DNA of 64,000 bases, taken from NCBI GenBank assembly GCA_020060185.1, contig JAGVAS010000056.1, positions 3,734 to 67,733 of the forward strand, written 5' to 3'. Source of the stretch: Desulfovibrio sp. (GTDB lineage Bacteria; Bacillota; Dethiobacteria; DTU022; UBA8154). The notes below the pieces were generated by a model. It made no database searches. It was not told the origin of the DNA and was given only the letters and a program-made list of their open reading frames with translations. Made by a program: the position numbers and the translations under genes. This document shows positions 56,320 to 64,000 of this stretch, one piece after another. How positions within the stretch are numbered: position 1 is the stretch's first letter; each line of letters begins with the position of its first letter.

Positions 56320-58848
56320 TTAAAGCCGTTCATTTTCTTCCATTGTTGTAACCAGTAGGGTCACGGGGAGGCATATTTCAAAGACCGTCCCTTTCAAGCT
56401 GCTATTAAATTGGACCGTGCCCCCGTGATCGGTAATAATCCGGTGACTTATACTTAAACCAATTCCTATACCCTCCGTTTTGGTAGTAAAAAAAGGATCA
56501 AATACCCTCTCTTTCTGGCGGGGGTCTATTCCTGTTCCCGTATCTTTAATTAATATTTTTACTTTTCTTTGTGGTAAAGCACCCCTGCCGGCCTCAACAG
56601 CAGGTTTCTCCACAGAGAATATCTCCACTTCCAGCTCTCCACCCTCAGGCATGGCCTGTATACCGTTAAGGCAGATATTTAAAAGGGCCTGTTTTAACTG
56701 ATCCCGATCCGCTTTAAGGGCGGGAAGATCCTTGTGGTAGAGCTTGCAGAGCTGGATTTTTTGTGTGTTGAGCTGAGGAGTTAAAAGCATGAGAATTTCA
56801 TCCATCACAACCTTTATGTCCACATCTTCAAAATTGGGCTGGGGGCTTCGGGAAAAGTTAAGAAGCTCCATTATCAGCTTGTTAATACGCTCAATTTCCT
56901 GTTTGACTATATGGGAAAAACCGTGGCGAAATTCATGATCATCATATTTATAGGGCAGAAGTTCGGCAAAGGTCTTAATGGAAACAAGGGGGTTTTTGAT
57001 CTCATGCGCCATCCCCGCAGCAAGTTCTCCCAGTGAGGCAAGCCTCATTGCCTGGCTTTTTTCCCTTTCCAGTTCCTTGATACGTGTTACATCACTTAAG
57101 ACCATAATTGCTCCCCGTTCCCCTGTATCCAGAGACTCCACCTGGGCTGTACTGCAGCACAGGAAACTTGTGTGGTTGCCTGCCTGTATTTCCACTTCCT
57201 CTTCGCTTCGTTTATGCCCGTTATTTAACGTCTGTATTATGGGGCGATACAGACCTACATCCAGGACTTCTTCCGCCCTGCAGCCCAGTATCTCTCCGGC
57301 AGCAATTCCGGTCAGCCTTTCTGCCGTGCTGTTAAAAGTAGTTATCCTTCCCTGTCCATCTATAGCGATCAACCCGTTGCCCATATTTGTAAGGATATTC
57401 TCCAGGTATTGCTTGATCTCCAGGACCTCCTGGTACAGCCGTGCATTTTTCAAGGAAACAGCAATCTGATAACTTAAAGTGGAAAGCAGGTTTACATCAT
57501 CTCGAGAATATGGTTCTCCGGATATTTTAAATCCCAGGCAAAAAATAGCTTCCAGTTTTTCTTCCATAATGATGGGGACAACTGCCTCGCCATGTAGTTT
57601 TCTCATCTCCGCTACCAGCAGTTCCCGCTCCCCTTCGCTTACTAAATCTTTTAAATCCGTCAGCAGCAGGACGTCAGGCTTTTTTTGGAGATAAGCTAAG
57701 AGATGACTCCCAGGCTCCAATGGCTGGATATCTCCTGCGGGGGAAAAAGGCTCGATGCTTTTTTCGGCTGCAGCAATAAAGGAACCATCCTTGTTTTTCA
57801 GTAGAAAAACACCTCGCTCGATATAAATGGTATTTACAACCTTGTCCACCAGAAAACGGAGAAGCTCGTCCAGCCTTAAAATAGAAACCATGGCTTTATT
57901 GGCATCTATCAGGGCATCATAATAATCGTAGGCGCCCCGGTAGAAATAGCGATCGACCAGGGACTGGGCTTTATCTTTTAACGGCTGGAAAAAGATAGCC
58001 ACCAGGATTACCAAAACTAATGTAAAAGGAAGATTATTAGACTCCAAATAAATCCGGAAATTTTTTTCCATAACGAGCAGCAAAATAACATATATCCCGG
58101 CCAGAAGAATAACAGCCAGAATATAAGCCATAACCCTGCGCACGGCTATCCGTATATCCATTAATCTGTACTTCACAATAGCATAAGCGATAGAAACAAT
58201 CATAATGAGGGTAAACACCGGCCCGAACGGGCGCAGATCAACAGCAGTTACCCCAAGCAAAGGCAAAAAAAGATTGGATAAAGTCCCCATAATAAAGGAA
58301 ATAAGTATGCCGCCGATAAAATAACGGAGTTGATTGCGAGCAATACCCCTTGACAAATGCAACTGCCGGAATAGTTTATAAATGGTGTAAATGGTCACTC
58401 CGCTAAAAAATAGAGGATATACCGGAAATAATGGGCCATAAAGCGGCTCCTTGTGTTCCAGGGGGAACCCTATACCAGGAATTATTGTAGGTGTAAAGCT
58501 CAACACAGCCAATATTAAACTAAAGCTAAGAACAATTATAACTTTTTTATAAGGATAAGCTTTTTCATCTTGAAAAGCATCAACAAGGGCATAAACAAAC
58601 CAGGGAGTTGTTGCCGCTACAGCGTGAGAAAACCTTATCCAGAATAATAAACCGGCATAGTCGCTTATAAGAGTTATAACCAGAACAGTAAAAGTCCAAA
58701 GGGAGGCATTCAGGGCAAACCCCAAAAAAAGACGGTTAAGTAGAGTATAGGGAGCCTTTCTAAAGGCAACAACCCCTAAAACCAGGTTTGCTGCCGCCGT
58801 AAAACCCAGCAGCCATTTAACTAAAAAAGAAAAGTCCATCTCGGCCAA
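56320..58848 (-). CDS. sensor histidine kinase with N-terminal 7TM (HisKA_7TM-like) domain, GAF and PAS domains
   Basis: 842 aa; seven N-terminal TM helices; HEIKNPLVSIKTFAELL H-box; HATPase G-boxes (DTGTGI, GIGLSIS). Confidence 0.75.
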   Translation of the reverse strand: MAEMDFSFLVKWLLGFTAAANLVLGVVAFRKAPYTLLNRLFLGFALNASLWTFTVLVITLISDYAGLLFWIRFSHAVAATTPWFVYALVDAFQDEKAYPYKKVIIVLSFSLILAVLSFTPTIIPGIGFPLEHKEPLYGPLFPVYPLFFSGVTIYTIYKLFRQLHLSRGIARNQLRYFIGGILISFIMGTLSNLFLPLLGVTAVDLRPFGPVFTLIMIVSIAYAIVKYRLMDIRIAVRRVMAYILAVILLAGIYVILLLVMEKNFRIYLESNNLPFTLVLVILVAIFFQPLKDKAQSLVDRYFYRGAYDYYDALIDANKAMVSILRLDELLRFLVDKVVNTIYIERGVFLLKNKDGSFIAAAEKSIEPFSPAGDIQPLEPGSHLLAYLQKKPDVLLLTDLKDLVSEGERELLVAEMRKLHGEAVVPIIMEEKLEAIFCLGFKISGEPYSRDDVNLLSTLSYQIAVSLKNARLYQEVLEIKQYLENILTNMGNGLIAIDGQGRITTFNSTAERLTGIAAGEILGCRAEEVLDVGLYRPIIQTLNNGHKRSEEEVEIQAGNHTSFLCCSTAQVESLDTGERGAIMVLSDVTRIKELEREKSQAMRLASLGELAAGMAHEIKNPLVSIKTFAELLPYKYDDHEFRHGFSHIVKQEIERINKLIMELLNFSRSPQPNFEDVDIKVVMDEILMLLTPQLNTQKIQLCKLYHKDLPALKADRDQLKQALLNICLNGIQAMPEGGELEVEIFSVEKPAVEAGRGALPQRKVKILIKDTGTGIDPRQKERVFDPFFTTKTEGIGIGLSISHRIITDHGGTVQFNSSLKGTVFEICLPVTLLVTTMEENERL

Positions 58849-58862
58849 CCATCCTTTAGTTT

Positions 58863-60095
58863 CTAGCTTTTAGTTAAAAGCAGAGAGGCATTGCAGCCTC
58901 CAAGGCCGTGCAAATTTACCAGTGCCGTTTCAATCCTGGCCACTCGCCCCCTGTTAGGAACGCAATCAAGATCACAATGCGGATCAGGAAACTCGTAATT
59001 TATGGTAGGAGGAACAAATTTATTTTGAATAACCTGGGCTGCGGCAATGGCCTGCAAAGGGCCTGCAGCAGCCAGGGGGTTGCCGATCATGGACTTAATG
59101 GAACTAACGGGCAAATTATAAGCATGCCGCCCAAAAACCTCTTTAATCGCTTTGGTTTCCATTTTATCGATCAATTTATCCCCAGGGGCATGAGCACAAA
59201 TGTAATCTACCGTAGAAGGTTGGAGGCGTGCCTTCTGCAAAGACTGGGTCATCGAAGAAGCAATAGACGCTTGTAATTGTTTTAATGAGGCAGCATTGGA
59301 TATCCCCCACCCGGCAACCCTGGCATATACTCTTGCTCCACGGGAATAAGCCCTTTCAGCTTCCTCCAGGACAAGTACTCCCGCTCCTTCAGCCAGTACG
59401 CCGCCATCACGTTTAGCATCGAAGGGCCGGCTGGCAGAAGCAGGTTCATGATTAAATAAAGAAGAAAGAAGACCAATAGCACAAAAACAGGAATGAACAA
59501 AAGGAGTAAGGGGAGCATCACCTCCACCGGCAAGAACCAGATCAGCTTCCCCCCTGAGAATGGATTCTACACCATAAATAATACTGAAAAGCCCGCCGGG
59601 GCATCCGGCAGATAATGTAATAACCTGCCCTGAACAATTAAATACAGTACCCAATTCACTGGCAGCCGCATGGGGAAACGAAGATGAAAGAACTTCTGGC
59701 TTTGTTGAACCGTTTTGTTTAAAACAATCATATTCTTTTTCCACAACTCCCATATCTGATGTGCTTATCCCAACCAGGATACCTGATCTACAGTGGGCGA
59801 ATTCATCCTCAGTTATTTCTGCATCCTGCAATGCCAGGCGTGCCGCAGTTATAACAAGATGGGTGCTCCAAGCCCTGCCATTTTCGTGATAAGGCTCCAC
59901 TGCCTCAATCCATTCCAGGGGAATTTCACCTGCTACCTGGGAAGGATATCCTGTGGGATCAAAGCGGGTAATGCGGCGCACACCTGATTTGCCCTCCTTA
60001 AGAGCATTCCAGAAACTCTCCTTCCCGACGCCATTGGGAGCTACAGCACCCAGTCCGGTAATTACCACTTCCCTCATGTTTATCCTTCCTTTCAA
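58863..60095 (-). CDS. beta-ketoacyl-ACP synthase (KAS I/II family), non-canonical: second catalytic His apparently replaced by Asn
   Basis: 410 aa; VVITGLGAVAPNG, active-site Cys in LSAGCPGG, first His in ICAHAPGD; KSMIGNPLAAAG where FabF has KSMTGHLLGAAG. Confidence 0.7.
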   Translation of the reverse strand: MKGRINMREVVITGLGAVAPNGVGKESFWNALKEGKSGVRRITRFDPTGYPSQVAGEIPLEWIEAVEPYHENGRAWSTHLVITAARLALQDAEITEDEFAHCRSGILVGISTSDMGVVEKEYDCFKQNGSTKPEVLSSSFPHAAASELGTVFNCSGQVITLSAGCPGGLFSIIYGVESILRGEADLVLAGGGDAPLTPFVHSCFCAIGLLSSLFNHEPASASRPFDAKRDGGVLAEGAGVLVLEEAERAYSRGARVYARVAGWGISNAASLKQLQASIASSMTQSLQKARLQPSTVDYICAHAPGDKLIDKMETKAIKEVFGRHAYNLPVSSIKSMIGNPLAAAGPLQAIAAAQVIQNKFVPPTINYEFPDPHCDLDCVPNRGRVARIETALVNLHGLGGCNASLLLTKS

Positions 60096-60859
60096 GCCCC
60101 CTTGGAGAAGGGCTTCACAGCCTCCAAAAACCAGTCCTGCCCTCCATAGACACGCTCCATGGAAATAAGTTCAAAACCACAGCTTTTTAGCATAAAGGAC
60201 AGCTCTTCGCCATTTAAGAAATGAAAGGACTGCTGATCCTTAATAAAGTAGTTTATAAGCAGGAATACAATTAAAAACGGAATAAGGTATACAATCTGAC
60301 CGGTAAGAATTACAGGCCACCATAAAGGGGCTCTTTCTCTAAGCTGGTAAACATGTTCTTTAAAAACCGGTCCCATTTTGGGTTGAAAAGGCGGGGTAAC
60401 AAGGATCATCTTGCCGCCTTTTCTCAAAACTCTGTAAATTTCTCCCAGTAAAAATGTAGGATTGTCCACGGCATAAAGAACATTAACACAGATTACCCCC
60501 TGAAAATCATCCTCTGGAAAGGGAATGGGATGGTTAAGATTCACTTCCTGCAGGATGACCTTCTGGTTATTTAGATCATTTTCTTTTACCTTAAAGCTGG
60601 CCCGTCTAAGCATTGCCGGAGAAAAATCAACCCCCACGACCTTTATTCCTGAATGAACCCGTATAAGGTTATAAAGAAAATTTCCCGTACCACAGCCAGC
60701 ATCTAGAATATGCCAGCCATCCTGAGGATTAAGGCTTCTTGTTACATTTATTATTAACTGGCGATAAGGTAAAAACCTCAGCATGACAGCGTCATAAACT
60801 TGAGCATAAAGCTGCCATAAATATTTTTTATTTTCTTCATTCATATTAGGCTTCCCCAT
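60092..60859 (-). CDS. class I SAM-dependent methyltransferase
   Basis: 255 aa; ILDAGCGTGNF motif I; 4-nt overlap with the KAS gene. Confidence 0.75.
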   Translation of the reverse strand: MGKPNMNEENKKYLWQLYAQVYDAVMLRFLPYRQLIINVTRSLNPQDGWHILDAGCGTGNFLYNLIRVHSGIKVVGVDFSPAMLRRASFKVKENDLNNQKVILQEVNLNHPIPFPEDDFQGVICVNVLYAVDNPTFLLGEIYRVLRKGGKMILVTPPFQPKMGPVFKEHVYQLRERAPLWWPVILTGQIVYLIPFLIVFLLINYFIKDQQSFHFLNGEELSFMLKSCGFELISMERVYGGQDWFLEAVKPFSKGA

Positions 60860-60873
60860 ACTATTGATATTTT

Positions 60874-63414
60874 TTATTGATCTTCGGTCAGGCTTATAAA
60901 AATATCAACCAGCCTGGGATCGAACTGCACACCGCTGTTTTTTTTCAGTTCCCTGATCGCTTCGGCATGGGAAAGGGGACCCCGGTAGGGCCTGGGGCTG
61001 ATCATCGCTTCATAAGCATCTACAATAGCCAGGATACGGGAATAAAGATGGATTTCATTCCCTTTGAGGCCTTTGGGGTAGCCGTTCCCGTTCCAGTATT
61101 CGTGATGCTGTAAAATATAATCGGCCAGCTGGGCCATTTCCTCAGAGTTGCGGGCTATTCGGCAGCCGATTTCCGGGTGGCGCTTGATTTCTTCCCATTC
61201 GTCATTATTCAGGGCTTCCTTTTTAAAGAGGATAGACTCGTCAATGCCCACCTTGCCGATATCATGCACCTTCGCCAACCGAATAATATCCTTTAACTCC
61301 TCATAGGGTAAGCCGATAGCCTGTCCCAGTAGAAGCACCATGCGCTGCAGCCTCTCTTCATATTTCCCGTCCCGGAAGTCTTTCTCCGCCAGGAGGGACA
61401 GCAGGTAGTCGACAATCTTCTTTTTGACTGTTTCGCTGCGCTCAAATTTATTTTTATACATGCTGCCGTCGGCCTGCTTGAATATCTCCATGATTCCCCG
61501 GGAAGCCTGATTTCCGGTGGCAAAACCGACAGACAGGCTCAGGGGAATACCATCCTTTTCCCTGTTATACTCCTCCACGGCCTTATGAATACGTCCGGCA
61601 ATCTCCTCTACAATATTTTCATCAGTCGATGGAAGGATAACAGCAAACTCGTCTCCCCCCACACGGGCCACCACATCAGAGGAGCGGAAAGGCTTCCTGA
61701 TAATCTCTGCCGCTGTTTTTAAAAGCTCATCGCCCTGGCCGTGCCCCATAATGTCGTTGACAAGTTTCAACCCGTCCACATCACAGACCACGACGCTGAT
61801 AGGGTAGTGGCGTTCCGTATCCAGGCGCCGTATCTCCTCCTCAAAGTATACCCGGTTATAAAGGCCCGTGAGGTGATCGTGCATACTGTAATATTTCAAT
61901 TCTTCTTCATTGAGTTTGCGCTCGGTAACATCACTGGCTGTAAATGTAACCCCGGAAACTTCGCGTTGACCGTCAAAAACCGGCGAAAGGATAATGTCCA
62001 GCCACCTTTCCCTGCCGTTAAAATCTTCCATCCTTGCTTCCATGCGGAGCTGTTCACCGCTTTTAAAAACCTCTGCTGCGGCCTCCAGCAATATTCCCGC
62101 TTCCCGGGGCTTAAGTATTTCCTCAATGCGCCTTTCTACAAGGCTGCTGGTGTCTATTCCCAAAAAAGCTGCGCAGGACTTGTTGACGAAAGTGAAGTTG
62201 TTTTCCCTGTTTAGAACCCAGATAAGGCTGGGAACGCTATCCAGCACCGCGTTCTCTGCAGCGTTCCTTTTCCCAAGGGAGGCAAGCAGGGAACGCTGCA
62301 GCACTTCATCTTCTCCCGCCGGGACAGACCTTAAATCGAGTAGAACTTTTCCCCTTTTTAACCGGGGAATAACCGGGGGGTCCCCTTTATATAAAAGATC
62401 ACATATCTGCCGGGGTGAAAGTACCGGTGAGCTTAGTGTTACCTGCCAACTGGGCAATATCTCCTGGCCGCGGCGTCTTCCCATTAACTGGGCGTCTTCA
62501 TTTGCCAGCCCCACATCATACCTGCCCTCCCCGGCACTCAGAAGTTCAGCTGAGTGCCGGGCCAGGTGCCGGGCACGTTCTTCTATGCTCTCCACCGGGG
62601 CCGTAATCATGCGCAGCAGGGGAATTTTTTGCATGGCATCCCTCTCATCGAGATAAAGCTCTACTGTTGCTTCCAGTGCTGCTATGCTCATTATGTCCGC
62701 ACCTAACGCCGTACTCAGTGGGTTTTTCTTTACCTGGGAAAGATACCTGTCCTTCCCGGCGATAATCCCTACAGGTGGCCCTCCTAAAAGCTTGTCTCCG
62801 GGAAAAACGATTACGTCAAAACCGTCATCAAAGAGTTTCTGAACCTGCATCCCCCCGGGCAGGCCAAAAGGCGCCAGATCCAGCAGTGCAGCACAGCTCA
62901 TGATCTTAACTGCGAGAAGGTTAGATTTCCGGCGAAGTTCGGACAGTATGCCGTCCTCTACAGATACCAGGCTGTTCCACCCGTTAATACTTACCAGGCA
63001 GGCGGCATCATTATCACTTCTAGAGCTGTTGCAGTCCAGTAGTATGGCGAGCTCCTTTTTACCGGCTTTCCTCAGCCTTGCCCCGCTGTGCTTTAACATG
63101 GCAGCAACAGCGGAAGAAAATTTATCGGCCAGCAGGTCCTCCCGGGAGACGAAAACTTCCTTACCGCGTGCCAGGGCATGGAACACAAGAAAAGCCGCAG
63201 CCTGAATGTTATTAGCTACCAGGATATCTTCAGCTCCGCTAAGGGTACAGAGAAGTTCGTCAAGCTGTTCAAGCAGGCCTTCACCGGCCAGCTGTTCCAG
63301 CCATCCCCGGGATGATGCTGCCGCATTTGCAGCCCTGACAGCCTCCCCGGCCAGGGGAGGTTCCTTTATAGCGCTGTGAAAGATTATCCCTGTAGCATTG
63401 ATTGGAGGAGGCAA
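60874..63414 (-). CDS. multidomain c-di-GMP signalling protein: SelA-like (PLP fold) N-terminal domain + PAS + GGDEF + HD-GYP
   Basis: 846 aa. VIVFPGDKLLGGPPVGIIAGK...STALGADIMSIAALEATVELYL parallels SelA GDKLLGGPQAGIIVGK...ALRADKMTLAALEATLRLY, with the PLP-Lys conserved. Then PAS, then RVGGDEFAVIL (GGDEF), then HDIGKVGIDESIL + HHEYWNGNGYP (HD-GYP). Confidence 0.75.
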   Translation of the reverse strand: MPPPINATGIIFHSAIKEPPLAGEAVRAANAAASSRGWLEQLAGEGLLEQLDELLCTLSGAEDILVANNIQAAAFLVFHALARGKEVFVSREDLLADKFSSAVAAMLKHSGARLRKAGKKELAILLDCNSSRSDNDAACLVSINGWNSLVSVEDGILSELRRKSNLLAVKIMSCAALLDLAPFGLPGGMQVQKLFDDGFDVIVFPGDKLLGGPPVGIIAGKDRYLSQVKKNPLSTALGADIMSIAALEATVELYLDERDAMQKIPLLRMITAPVESIEERARHLARHSAELLSAGEGRYDVGLANEDAQLMGRRRGQEILPSWQVTLSSPVLSPRQICDLLYKGDPPVIPRLKRGKVLLDLRSVPAGEDEVLQRSLLASLGKRNAAENAVLDSVPSLIWVLNRENNFTFVNKSCAAFLGIDTSSLVERRIEEILKPREAGILLEAAAEVFKSGEQLRMEARMEDFNGRERWLDIILSPVFDGQREVSGVTFTASDVTERKLNEEELKYYSMHDHLTGLYNRVYFEEEIRRLDTERHYPISVVVCDVDGLKLVNDIMGHGQGDELLKTAAEIIRKPFRSSDVVARVGGDEFAVILPSTDENIVEEIAGRIHKAVEEYNREKDGIPLSLSVGFATGNQASRGIMEIFKQADGSMYKNKFERSETVKKKIVDYLLSLLAEKDFRDGKYEERLQRMVLLLGQAIGLPYEELKDIIRLAKVHDIGKVGIDESILFKKEALNNDEWEEIKRHPEIGCRIARNSEEMAQLADYILQHHEYWNGNGYPKGLKGNEIHLYSRILAIVDAYEAMISPRPYRGPLSHAEAIRELKKNSGVQFDPRLVDIFISLTEDQ

Positions 63415-63430
63415 AATAAATCCCCTTCCC

Positions 63431-63988
63431 TTAATTGTTTTGCAAACTTTTAATCGTATTCTGAATAAATTCCCGTTCCTGCGGTGTTAAAAGCTCGTTC
63501 CGGCATAATTTATCCAGGTCGGCGGGAATGGCAGATTTCTCTTCTTTATGGTAAAAGCCGGGGGAAGGCATATCCTCTCTTATAAGGGATGAGGAAAAAT
63601 AATCGTTAAGCAGTTCCAGGAGGGCTTTGCCCATGCGTTCTACGGTTTTTTTCTGGGGTTTCCAGGAAGGCTTTAGCATCAACTGTGGATTTTCCTCCAC
63701 TTCCAAAGAAGCCGCCTCTTCCGGTGTCACAGGCACCTCTGTCTTTTCCTGAAAATATTTTTCTACTGAATCAAGAGCACGCCCCGTTACGACCAAAGCA
63801 GTTTCCAGCAGGTGATCAGTCCCGTAACGGTGAGCCAATTGTTTCAGCTCTTTCCTGGCCGGCTCCAGGAGCCGGCAAATTTCTTCGGCCCGGGAGTTGT
63901 TATCTTTCCCGAAACCTTCAGCCGCCCTTTCATAGAGCTTTACATACCGTTCTGCCAGCTTCAGGGCGCTTTTAAGGCGGTTAATCAC
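63431..63988 (-). CDS. hypothetical protein
   Basis: 185 aa, no recognisable motif. Confidence 0.4.
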   Translation of the reverse strand: MINRLKSALKLAERYVKLYERAAEGFGKDNNSRAEEICRLLEPARKELKQLAHRYGTDHLLETALVVTGRALDSVEKYFQEKTEVPVTPEEAASLEVEENPQLMLKPSWKPQKKTVERMGKALLELLNDYFSSSLIREDMPSPGFYHKEEKSAIPADLDKLCRNELLTPQEREFIQNTIKSLQNN

Positions 63989-64000
63989 CTGCCACGAGCC

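Noticed and set aside
1-64000. CRISPR arrays, rRNA/tRNA genes, integrases or transposases
   Set aside because: No regularly spaced direct repeats, no rRNA or tRNA consensus stretches, and no recombinase-like ORFs were found. The only mobile-like element is the small MITE-like insertion.

Overview
This window looks like Firmicutes (Peptococcaceae-like) chromosome, with almost every gene on the minus strand.

From the left:
- The addB–addA recombination-repair pair, with addA running off the window edge.
- Archaeal-type phosphoglycerate mutase, PilT, and a polytopic membrane protein.
- A complete Tad/Flp pilus locus: flp pilin, CpaA, TadE, TadG, CpaB, CpaE, CpaF, TadB, TadC, a VWA protein and a DUF192 protein. 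It is preceded by an unusual second CpaF copy fused to a CpaB C-terminal domain.
- Two paralogous c-di-GMP-I (GEMM) riboswitches, each with its own promoter and intrinsic terminator. One drives the pilus operon. The other drives a small ORF plus an EAL–HDOD phosphodiesterase gene that sits between them.

Downstream is a roughly 21 kb diverged segmental duplication of a polysaccharide/glycosylation locus. It holds a DPM1-like GT2, an SMR-like 4-TM flippase candidate, a processive QxxRW GT2 synthase, a 404 aa membrane partner, a GH-A family lipoprotein hydrolase and DivIVA. Its centrepiece is an 1153 aa fusion of a DivIVA-like coiled coil, a QueD/PTPS-like domain, a polytopic membrane domain and a C-terminal extracytoplasmic domain. 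One copy (38.5–52.4 kb) is essentially intact. The other (26.8–34.2 kb) is rearranged, frameshifted, truncated and partly pseudogenised.

Between the two copies lie a PilZ gene and a toxin–antitoxin island with two HicAB pairs, two VapC-type modules (one with an AbrB-type antitoxin) and a vapC remnant. The island is punctuated by a palindrome-containing intergenic repeat family and a MITE-like nested insertion.

The right end is dense in c-di-GMP signalling: a REC–HD-GYP regulator, two large GAF/PAS histidine kinases, a KAS-like enzyme, a SAM methyltransferase, and an unusual SelA-like–PAS–GGDEF–HD-GYP protein.

I found no rRNA, tRNA or CRISPR array. Every assignment comes from reading the translations and motifs by eye, with no database search.
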